Part shown: piece after piece, positions 39,036 through 51,010 of the stretch
How positions within the stretch are numbered: the first letter of the stretch is position 1
Layout: each line of letters starts with the position of its first letter
Assembly (NCBI GenBank): GCA_009602725.1
Contig: WELB01000010.1
Coordinates: 636,535 to 700,534, forward strand
Reading direction: 5' to 3'
Length of the DNA stretch: 64,000 nt
Source of the DNA: Spirogloea muscicola
Taxonomy: Eukaryota
Notes under the pieces: model-generated
Database searches by the model: none
Told to the model about the DNA's origin: nothing
Seen by the model: the letters and a program-made list of their open reading frames with translations, nothing else
Made by a program: the position numbers and the translations under genes

Positions 39036-40090
39036 TTATGCATACTGTGCAATTTCTCTCTCTCTTTCTGTCATGTGTTGGCTCCTCAGCGAGGCCGTCC
39101 TCATGCTCCGCCTGCTGGTGCCTTCTTGCACCACCAACCCCTGGGCGTGCCACTCGGCTGGCAAGGGCACAGCCGTGGGGCTCCTTATTGAAGTACCCTG
39201 CTGCTTCCTGTGCTCCCTTTGCCAGCACTGAGCCGCTCGCCCCCCACTGTGCGCTGGCCCTCGCTGCAGCCATATACCCTCTGCCTGCCTTATCCATCCT
39301 GTGCTGCAAGCTGTATACCTGCAGGATGCTCGAGGAACAGCTTTGCAATGTAGGATTGCCCTACCGGGCCTGCCCTCCTCTAGCTGCCTCGGTCTGGCTG
39401 CAGCTTTTAGCAATCCATCGCGGCACAGCAACCGCAGGCCTTTGGCAACACCAGCCTTTGACATCGTCTTCAAAGTAACCCACTCTGCTGCTACGATGAT
39501 GTCCCTCATACCAGCATGCCAGCCCGGCTGCACAAGCAGGTCTGCAAGCATGCCTGACAGCAGCTGAACCCCAAGCCCCCACCCCTCCCAGGCCCACACA
39601 TGCCTGGCTGTGTCCTGCACACACTCTGCAGTATCTTGGTGCTTGTCACTCTCGTGCACCGACACCATTGACAACCACCTGCCTTGCTCTCAAGCTGAGC
39701 TGCCAGTCAATCACCGAGGCTCCCCTGGCAGCTACAAGTAGGGCCGCCGGCGCTCTCAGCAAAGTCCCACCACTGCAAAGTGCAGCCCTCAAGTCCTCAT
39801 GCAGATGTGCTGAATCTGATACTGAGCGAGGGGGTGCCAGTCTCCAGGCTGTGCAGTGCGCATCGAGAGAGGAGCTGTTGAGCTAATGACTGACAGAACC
39901 TGGGGTAAGGACGAGCTCGGCAAGAAGTGGGTCGGGACGAAGGCCTGCAACTTGAAAGCAGCAGCCACTGCATCGGCAGGAGAGGCCTCGAGCTCCCAGA
40001 GCTCCAGCAAGAGTGGCCTGGCGCAGGCAGCTCCGTCTAACGCCGCCAGCCTCAGGGCAGCCGCCTGCTTCCGGTCAAGGAGGTGCAAGT
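39036..40090 (-). pseudogene. Possible decayed coding sequence of unknown family
   Basis: Successive protein-like open stretches in shifting frames (AALRLAALDGAACARPLLLELWELE; VWAWEGWGLGVQLLSGMLADLL; SYIAKLFLEHP) with no coherent start or splice model. Confidence 0.25.
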
Positions 40091-40112
40091 TGGGCTAGGG
40101 CTGGGCAGGAGG

Positions 40113-40694
40113 TCACTTGCGCTTAGTGGCTCGCTTGCCCTGGCCCTTCTTTGGCGGGCCCTTGCCGCGGCGCTTGAGCCGTTCCAGCTTAAGCACGCGC
40201 CTGCATCCCGCCACCGCCGCCACGACATCACGGGGTCACTATAAGCAGCAGGTGTGCGCAAGAACGGCCGCACGCACTAAAGAAGGCCGTGACTCTTGCT
40301 CCTCCTGCTGACAATCTAAGAGCAGGGGCTGACTTCGACAGCAACGCAGGACTGATGTGCCCGCCCGACTCTCCTCCCGCGCAGCAGCAATCACAGCAAC
40401 CAGCGGAAGGGACACAGAAATCAGCCTGCCCTTGGCCAGCAGGCGCGCTCCGCCAAGAGCATAGCGGCAGGGAGGTGGTGGTGACGGCAGCAAGAGCTGG
40501 GGGAATACTCACGCCTTCTCAGCGGGGTCCTGGTACATGGGGTCGAGCTGCTGGAGCGGCGTGGGGTACCAGGCGGCGATGTGCGGCCCCAGCAGCTTGC
40601 CGCGCAGCACCTTATGGCCCGACCGCAGCCCGTTGCCCACAACCGCGCCGAAGATGCGCGCCGACGCTTCCGCCACGCCCCTCAGGTGGCTCAT
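40113..40694 (-). CDS. MRPS33: Mitochondrial small-subunit ribosomal protein mS33 (Rsm27 family)
   Basis: Two exons (40513-40694, 40113-40200): ASARIFGAVVGNGLRSGHKVLRGKLLG..WYP..DP..EKARVLKLERLKRRGKGPPKKGQGKRATKRK*. Confidence 0.9.
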
Positions 40695-40809
40695 CACCGC
40701 CGCCGCTTTCGCCGCCTTCGCCGCCGCCGCCGCCGCCGCCGCCGCCCAAGCCCGAGGCTGGGGGTTGGCGGTTCGAATGCCAGACTATGGGCTGGGCTGC
40801 CTTTCAAAG

Positions 40810-41435
40810 TAGTGAATGCGGCTGCTGATTTCAAACGAGCGGCTGCAAAGAAGTAAACGCCAGCCAGGGGCATGCGAAGGGGGATCTTCATAATCATACT
40901 AGAGGAGCCACAGGCTAGGCAGTCGGGGCGCCCCTGCTTTAGTACCTCCTGTTAAAAGTGATCAGCAGCCGCAATTTTTTGATTTTATTATGTTTTACTT
41001 TTGTTTTTAGTATCCTCCCCGTGTCGGCAATTGGAAGTCAGATGAGCAAAGAAGGAAATCAAACAATAAAAAGGTTCAGATGAGCTGACCGAACGAATTT
41101 CGTGTATTTGAAACAAACGAAGGCCAAATGGCCAAGTACAAAGGCAAGCACATCTTAAGACCTACATAGAGCAAGCGCGGCCAGATTAACTGGTGGCTGG
41201 GAGAGGCCAGCCCAAAAGAATGGACAAGGTCTGAAGGTCATAACCTACAGTAGATTGACCCGCTCAGGTCAAAACATAAAGGTCGCTAACCGATGCCTGG
41301 ATACTAGATGGCAGATATGAAGCCCGTCTGCCACCAACTAGAGCTCGCCCAGCTTTCTGGTGCAAAGCATTAGCCTGAGCACGCTGCAAACAGGCCGAAT
41401 CTCGTCGTCGCAACAACGACAGATAAGCAGCTGGC
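40810..41435 (-). mobile_element. Family-B end (40810-40930) and family-C copy (41095-41435) carrying a nested 70-nt family-E insert
   Basis: The C copy matches 9890-10165 and 60215-60390. Insert 41169-41238 is flanked by a CATA duplication. Confidence 0.82.
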
Positions 41436-41531
41436 AAAAAGGAGGGAAGGGATTGGCCCTAGTAAGGCCTAGGGCTGACGGTGCCCTCTCGCCCCGTCAG
41501 CCTTTCAGCCAGTCCACCGGAGGGCTGCGCC

Positions 41532-42739
<1,208 letters not shown>

Positions 42740-43544
42740 AGCTCCTCTCCTGCTGCCCGGTAGTTCTTGACTAGCGTTGGTTGTAAATGTTAGTTGGCGA
42801 ATTCATTGGCGGGGTATTGAGTGCAGTCTTTACAAAGATGCTATTCTGCCTCCTTAAGCATTCAATGATTTTCGTTGGCTTGACAATGCTTGTTAAGTTC
42901 CACCTCAGAAACTAGGTTGCTATGACTTCTCATACGCTGTTACCTTGTTTCGCCTGTGCGTTATTCGATTTTGCTCTTTGCAAGACTTTCCAGTGTAGGT
43001 ACTCTCCTGCTCATATGCAATTGCAAGGGTTTCAGTGGGGCACTTACTTCACAAGGAGCTCATCTTAGGACCTGAGATCTGAAAGTTGGCGTGCCCGATG
43101 TTGAACCATTACCTTCAGTAGCAGCTCATCAAGCTTCCTGTTTGCTCTTCACTAATGTGAGGAGCCTGAGCTTTTCCTGAAGTCAACAATGGCCTGGCTA
43201 CTCAGTATCCTTGCTCGACTCTTCTTGGCAGTGGCTATCTTTTGCACTCTGGTTGTAGAGCAAAGCCAGACAATCACATCACCACTGAAGGTGGGTATTG
43301 ATGCAAATGCGCCGACCTTGTTTACCATCCAAGGATCCTAAGTCTACAAGGATGATCTTGGTCCCTTCGAAAATGAAGAGCCATCGACTGCTCATTGTGG
43401 GAAGCGTGCACAGCGGCCGCGTATTGCAAGGTGGCATCCATCCGCTTCTACCTCCTGAGAGCAGTAAGAAAAGTAGTGCTCTCTTTGAAGAACAAGGCAA
43501 GACGATCGCAAATCGCAAGTGGTGCTTTTATCATTCTCAGACTG

Positions 43545-44080
43545 AGTGGCTGAGGCAGTGTGCGCAGAAAGGAGAGGCTTCACAAGGACCACTCCCAAGG
43601 TGGGTGACCACTTGAATTCGTGCGCTGTGAATGTTACTGGCGGTTACGGAGAGAAATGGTCCTCCCTCCTCCAGCATCTGAGCCAGCTCGTTGACATATG
43701 TCGTCGGGGGGGGGGGGGGCAGCTTGGGGCACACTAGCATTCCACGGGCATCAGTTGCACTTCACAGAATGCGGCTTTCGCTAAGTTTGCAGCGCTCCCA
43801 AGCTCGGGCTGTTCATCAGCTTGCTGGGCGCGCTCTAAGTCAGGCCACTGGCTGTCGTGGAGGTGCTGTGGCTCCCCAAATTAGCCTGTCAGACTGGCAT
43901 GTGCTCACGCGTGGGTGTTGACGTCCCCTTTCAGCATGCTTTCACACTGGAAACCTTAGCCCCCCTAAGCATAGGGCTTCATCAATATGTAGCCTCACTT
44001 GTGCGCTAGCCTCCACATGAACAGAGTACTGACTTGAATTGGCCTCCATTTGATATCATGCGCCGCGCGCGCCTTCCTTT
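43545..44080 (+). mobile_element. CRE-like family-A fragment
   Basis: AEAVCAERR..GDHLNSCAVNVTGGYGEKWSSLLQHL, then HRMRLSLSLQRSQARAVHQLAGRALSQATGCRGGAVAPQISLSDWHVLTRG, then the A end TGGCCTCC..ATGCGCCGCGCGCGCCTTCC. Confidence 0.8.
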
Positions 44081-45731
44081 CGTGAAAGGCCAGCTCGAAA
44101 TCAAGAAAGAAGGCAAGGTCCGAGAGAAAGAGAGAAAACGGACAAGGTCGGAAAGGCTGGGGCCATCAGCGTCATCCCGACGCCGGTGGGGTGACGCCGC
44201 CAGCCTGCCGGGCCGAAAGAGTGCCCGTGCATGCGCCCGGGCCGCGGTGTGGGCCGGGCCCGCCATCTCTTCCCGCCGTCGCCGCATGCTGGGAGACGGG
44301 CGCCGCGAGACGCCTGCAGCGCCCGTCTGCCATGTCAATGCCCACTCCATTTCACGCCTGCGCGCGTTGCGGAGGCCTCCACTAGCACACCCGCCGCCTG
44401 CTCCCCCGCGCCTCGCTGTTGGTGCTTGGGTCGCGCCCTGGCGAAGCTCCGCTCTCACCGCTTCCCACGACGCTCTGCTGCCCTTAGGGCCCCAGCATCC
44501 ACCACGCTATCCTCCCCCACCCCTCCCACGCTCTGTGCATCAGCCTGCGGCAAGCTCGCCAGGCTACCACTATCGTCATTGACGCGCCCGCCCTCCGCCG
44601 CAGGCGAGCAAGGTACAGCCGGGTCAGCTAATCGACGGTGTGCCTGCAGCCTAGATCGGCAGGGGTGCCAAAAGCTGTGAGCAGCTGGGTGCCAATGAGG
44701 AGCTAGCTGCAGGCAGTGTAGCTCGAGGCCTCTCCAGCCGTGGCTGACAACTTGGACCCACTTGTGGTGGTTGACTTCCTCAGAGGCCCAACCGTCAAGT
44801 GAAGTCACAGGCACCTGATTTCCAACGCTCAGGCAAGATGGTGTTTGCTATGTTGGCGTCATGGTCAGGATGGGTACCAAAGCAATACGAGGGCTTTTCT
44901 GCAGCATCTACCAGGTCGAACATGCACAAGTGCACCAAGACGTGTGGCTCAAGATCATGGGCGTTACCGACCACGCGCATTACTCAAGGCTGCTGCACAA
45001 GGCAGAGCCCGTATCTCCTCACCTGCCGCAGATCCCCAAGCAAAGGCACAGCCGTAATCTGGCTTGCAAAGCTGCAGCAGGCACAAGGTGGCAGCACCAA
45101 GCCACATGTTGAAGAAACTGTACAGAGAAGAGCTGAGCTTTGGAGTCTCCGCACAGCTCATGTTGTTGCATGCGTCGACAAGCATCAGGGTCTGCCAAGG
45201 TACAGTGGCCCGCTGATAGTCAGGCCCACCAATCTTAGCATCATTGCAGTTGACCACTTTCAACCGTCAGTCCGCCAGCACCTAGTGGTGGGAACTGTGG
45301 TCTTGCGGCTGCCTATGCCACTTGCTAAGAGTCATGCACATAAGTCAATGCAGTTGACAATGACTCATGCAAGTGAACAGGTAGAAGCGGTTGTATTTCT
45401 TGAAAGCTACTGTTGTAGCCTGTTTATCAATTACAATGGCACCTGAGACATCTCACCCTTCATTCAGAAGGTGAATATGATCTTGCATATATATAATCTT
45501 CTATGCAAGACGCGTGAAGGCTGCACACAAGATTGGTAGCAGCTTCTCCAACTCTGCCTCGAAGTACTTGTAAAACAGTCTGGCCATAAAAAGTGCGAAC
45601 CAAAGCCTCACTGCTGTTGCCGTACCAGGAGCCGAGTAAGCTCAGAATATCATGGCCATGCAAAATTGCTTGCAGTCAAAGCAAATTACCGTATGCCTTG
45701 CCGCAGCTTACTCTGGCCTTCTAGGAGCCAA

Positions 45732-48700
45732 CTAGAAACCAGGAAGGATGGGAGTACTCTCAGCTGTGGCAGCCTGCAGAGCTGATGGTTTGAGGCCAAG
45801 GGCCTGAAGGACAGTGGGACCAATGGAGGAAGTCGAGACTTCTGCATACACCGTCTTGCCAGTGGGAAAGAGCTTGGGGTTAGAGATCAAGAGGCCTGTG
45901 TTGACATCATCTAGATGGAAGCCGCCATGCTCGGCAATCTTGGTGGCCGATGCTCCTGCATAAATGACTCCAGGAATTGGCAGGACAACGATGTCGGGAA
46001 TGCGCGTGTCCTGCCAGCATGGTCAATGGGTCTCAAGTCGAAGGTCTAGTAGGTCTAGTGCTGACAACCTGGAGAAACGCTTGCCAAGTGCCAGCGGTCC
46101 TGATGACGACTTGCTCAACACTGAATGGGTGATATATGCGGAGGGTGTATGAACATGGGTGGGTTTACTCACATTGGCAGTATTACCAAATCTTAATTGG
46201 ATCTGATAGCCTGTCAAAACTTCGGCAATGCCCAATGTAGTGCGGTTGGCTACAAGAGCAGCAGCAACAGCTATAGTCGTGGAGGGATCATTAAGCCAGA
46301 TCAAGGCAATGTCATCAGCAGTAACCTGGTCAACAAGCACAACCAACAAGTAAGTTGGTCAAACAAGTTTTGCTGGACAAATTTGATGCATGGACAGGGA
46401 CATGGTAGAGGCTGCTCAGTCATAGATTGCCAACTTCTCATGACCTTGTCAGCTTGCCTTTGCCAGCTGGTATCAACTGAAGCTCAGCTTGCCTACCCTA
46501 CCCACACATCAGTCACAACCTTGAAACCAGCAAAACGGTAACAGTCGCACCTTGAAACCCTCACCTGTGCAGGTTCAGTCTTGCTGACTGTGGCAATGGT
46601 GTCCGCTATATCAGCTGAAATGATCCTGCGGAAGTATCCATTCAGTGGAGACTGGCCATGCTTTGCAAAGATGACAATGAGCGTGGAGGAGTACAATTTC
46701 TGGAGAACAATGCCGAGGCTGCTTGTCAATAAATATTGAGAATGTAAAGCAACGCAGATCTCCAGCATAATGGCATCCAACAGTCTGGCAACACAAGGAC
46801 TCAGTGTACGTCAGTACTTTCGTTTGCAGTACAAATCATGACAAAAGCACATATCACAGAATCAGCAACCTTACCCTAGCCTGCAAGGCTCTGACAAATT
46901 GCTTGAGAGTGCCATCCAAGAAAGATAGAGCTTGCTCCACAGCCGGGCCAGGCAAGTTGTTGGGACCTCGATAGCCACCAGGGGCCGGATTCTTCTGAGC
47001 GTAACTCAAGGTCTGGTAGTTTCCTCCAAATATGTTGGGGGTTTTAGAGGCTGTACCATTCGATGTGAAGCCATTGATCTGATTTCAATCAGTTGCGTAT
47101 TGTAAGAGATATGACGTGCTGATACAGGAGATGAGAGCCTTGAGCTGTAAACTGTGAGTGGCCTCTCAGTACATTAGATCTTCTTTATGCATGTTGTGCA
47201 TATTATATATAGATGAAGCCTGTAGTTCCTGCCCTTCTCTTTCATCTGCAGTGCTCGTGTATCACGAGACGGATCTGTTTTGGAAAAGCAATGACAAATA
47301 GGACAACAATTTGCAACAGCTCCTGGACTTGCCGCTGCTTCACCACAACAACCTACTCAGGCGCTTGCACTCAGCACACTGGCTAGTCTAAGGAAGACCC
47401 GGTAAGTACAGGGCACACCTGTCTGAGAATAGCGGTAGTGTGCAGGTTGTCATAAGCCATGATGGGTGCGCCAAATTGAGTTGAAGGCACTGAATTGACC
47501 TCAGGCGTGTAGAGGTCATCAACGCCCTTGCCAGAAGGACCATTGACGATATCATAGGCTGGATGCTTGTCTACCCAGGCGGTTCTCAGCTTGGCAGCTT
47601 TGGCAACCTCAAAGATGGTGTTAGCTCGCAGGAATTGATGGGGATACTGCACATGTGGCAGTAACTTGATGAGGTCAGTGTACTTAGACATGAGTCAGCC
47701 TCTTGTAGCCACCTGCTCATATAAGCTCCTTATCCCACTGTAAACCGCCTCAATCTATGATAGCAGACAAATTCTAGAATGAAAATAGTTGCTGCTTGTC
47801 CTGCCACTTCCATCAGGTTTGACTCTCGCGGTTGATTGTGGTGCCATTAACACTTGACGCAAGAACTTTCATATCAGTCATGCTCCCATTAAGCTCAAGG
47901 CTTCTGCCAGTGCTAGGCAATATGCAACTCTAGCACTTGAAGAAAGCAAAGAAAGGCTCCACTAACCAGAGGTGTGCACTTATTCTTGGGATCCAGTGGC
48001 AGCTGCGAGATGTCAATCCCGCCAGAAAATAGAGCAGTGCTATTGAAGTCGATACTCTGGAGAATGTTGCAACTACTGTAAAGTCAGCAGGGGACAAAAA
48101 TGTCTATCCATCCTGGTAATAAGCCTCATTCTTAAGGACTTGGTACAAACCGAGTAAGAAAGGCTTGATCGCCCTACGGGACTTTTCTGATGCAGCATGA
48201 CTTTCTTTGATACTATCATGTGCTACATGGCGCTTTGCAGACTGAGCACGACAAGTACAACTGCAGACCACAATATCATACTCTGCGGTGGTTGCTACTG
48301 GCAGACAATCCAGTCTGGCAAGTGCTTGCTTACTTCGTCGAAGGTGACAACCGTGCCCAATGTCTTGCACGCAGATCCAGGAGGAGACAGTGTGCTATCA
48401 TAAGAGACATCATAATACACTCCGTGCGACCTAGGAGAGCCGCCAGTGAGTACATTGAGCAGACCCGGAAAAGAGTCCGAGGGCTTAGACCCCATTGCAT
48501 TTGGGTAGTGAATACCTGTCATTGTGGCAACACAAAAGAGTGGCACTATCTAGTCAGCAGTGAGCGCTTGAGGAAAGGCAGAAGCCAACAGCTAAAATCT
48601 AGTCAGTAAAAGCAATCCTAAGCATTTCAGTCCAAGTGATGCCCGACAAGGGAAAGGTAACAGAGTTCGAGCCCTGGGAACTCCAATGGTAAGCCTTAGA

Positions 48701-49097
48701 TCCCGGCAAGAACCTCACTGAGCACGAGTACGACGCGACCAGCAGGCAAGCCTAGGCCACAGCTGGCCGACGAGCGACGTTGAAGGAGGATTGGAAGGCA
48801 GAGGTGAGATCTCGAAGCCTGCCTTCGCCAGTCAGTAAGCCAAAGCTGATGACGCCCTGCAGCTTGTCAAGCAGGGCGACGAGGTGGAGGCGGAAGGGGG
48901 GGGGAAAGCCCACCGTTGGCCTTGAGAGCCGCCAGCTGGGAGCGCGGGTGCGTGGCAATGTAGTACGTCAGGTCCTGGGCGTGCAGGCCGTCGAAGGTGA
49001 GCAGCAGCGCCTGCTTGATGGTGGCGGCGGCCGCGGTGTGCGCCAGCGCCAGAGCCAGCACCAGCGCGACGGCGGCGGCCGCGGCGGGATGCGCCAT
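45732..49097 (-). CDS. Secreted alkaline-phosphatase-superfamily type I phosphodiesterase / nucleotide pyrophosphatase (PSDSFPG subfamily)
   Basis: Signal peptide; LLLTFDGLH, KPSDSFPGL, GVYYDVSY, TAWVDKHPAYDIVNGPSGKG, AKHGQSP, DTRIPDI, KIAEHGGFHLDD, ending ESTPILPGF*. About eight exons with GT-AG introns. Confidence 0.9.
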
Positions 49098-50009
49098 GGC
49101 AGCGGCCTGGGAGAGCGGGCGGAGCCTGGGCAGGGGAGGGGCGAGCTGGTCTGCGCAGGAGGGAAATTTGTTTTGTTCCTGAGGCGTGGCCTCAATATTG
49201 CGAAGTACCAAGGCAAGCAGAGCTACGGACTCGGGCCGCCTCCGAGTGGAGTAGGGCTGTAGCGGCGGCGCGGTTTGACCGCTTCGTCCGAGGGATGGGT
49301 GACCGTTGGCGCCGGGCGCCGGGGAGTGGCCTGGCCAGGGGGGGGGTGGGAAGTTCAGCTCATCCAAAAGGGGTGAGGGGCTGTGGAAGGCCAGCCCGGA
49401 AAGAGTGCTCAAATGCTTCAAGGTCCGAAGGGGCCGAAAAACGAGAAAGAAGAGGAGCGCGCAGCGCTGCCGAGCGCGCCAGCCCCGCGGGCGCCTTCTC
49501 ACTCGGGGAGAAGCGGGTAGGAGAAGCAGCTCCTCCACCAGGACCGGAGGACTGTGCCAGTAGAGGGGCGATGGCTGTGATCGGCGAGGGCTGTGAAAAG
49601 CCAGTCCAGTGGAAAGCCAGTCCATTGTAAAGCGAGCAGGCCGGCCACTCGACTCCCCCGGCCCGGGCGGGCGGGCAGGTCCGTACCCGCGCTGCCGCAT
49701 CTCGGGAAGGGGGGGGCAGGGAGTGGGGCCGTGCCGGCGGCGGAGATGCTGATTGGGCTTAGCGCGGCACCCCATTCGCAGGCACGGAATCTTTTCCCCC
49801 CCCTATTCGGAGAGCGGCGCCTCCGATTGGGTAGTCCCTCCTTCGCAAGACGGCCACCTTGGCGCGGCCCGCCTCTCCACGCGGCGGACGCGCAGCCGCC
49901 CTTGTTCTCACCTCCCGCCAGGTCACGGTGCGTGCACCTGCTCCAGCACACGGCGCGCACTTAATGGTCACTTGCATCGTATTTGGGCTCTGCTTCCGGC
50001 CCTTACATA

Positions 50010-51010
50010 CGTTGTTTATTCCTTTTGGCTGGCCTCTCACTGCCACTGCCGTAAATTGGAAGAGCTGTTCTTTTGGGCTAGACAGTAGCAGCCATCGCCC
50101 CCCCCCCTTTGCTGTTCTGCAAGCGCTACTTCAAGAAGAAGTGGCTCTCCCAATGGGGGCAAGGGCCGTGAGAAGCCAGCCCGAAAAGAATTGACAAGGT
50201 TCGAAGGGGCCAAACTACGAGCTAAGCAGCGACTGCGGGGCCTGAAGAGGCTATGGCAGAACGGGAGAGGATGGACCAGTTAGTAGTTACGAGTGAGGAG
50301 CCTCAAATCCGAAACGCTACTTCCACCCGGAAGAAAGAATATGGATTCTCCTAGAGAAAGGCTCTTCCAGTAGAGGGCGATGGGTCGATTGGGCAGCCCA
50401 GAAAAAGTAGCAAGACTCTTCCCACGGGGCGATGCTTCTTCCCATGCGCCATGGACATCTACGGCGGCTACCGGACGAAGTGGTCTTCCCTCCATCGCCT
50501 GGCACTGCATGTCGATGCCCGCCGACGTAGTCGGACGGGTAGCTTGGGGCATTCTAGCGTCCCGCAAGCCATCGTTGCATGTTATAGATGCGGCTATCAT
50601 TGAGTCTACAGCGCTCCTAGGCACTCGCGATACACCAGCGTGCTGGTCGTGCGTTAGCCCAGGCTAATGGCTTCCGTGGTGGTGGTTTGGCGCCTCAGTA
50701 TAGCCTGTCAGATATGGAGGTGCCCACTCGGGGATATTAGTGTCCCCCTTAGCCAGCTCATTACCCACTTAACAGGACATCTGTAAGGCTAGAATTGGCC
50801 TCCCTTTCAATTTCATGCGCACCGCGCGCCTTCTCTCTTTCCTGGAGAGGGGGATGGCTGTGGTTGGCCAGCCCAGAAAGAAAATGAAACAAGTTCGAAG
50901 GCGCCAGAATGCGAAGCACACAGCGACTCGCGTGGCCGGTGGGAGAAGGAAGGAGGGCTCGCCCATCGAAAGAAAGTGCTCGGCCCATAGAGGATAGGGG
51001 CTGAAAAGGA
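50010..51010. mobile_element. Cluster of D/E-type 3' ends plus a family-A copy (+, ~50440-50840)
   Basis: 50540-50840 closely matches the reverse complement of 6855-7157. GGGCTGGC..GCC hairpin-type ends at ~50025, 50165, 50855 and 50950. Confidence 0.78.
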
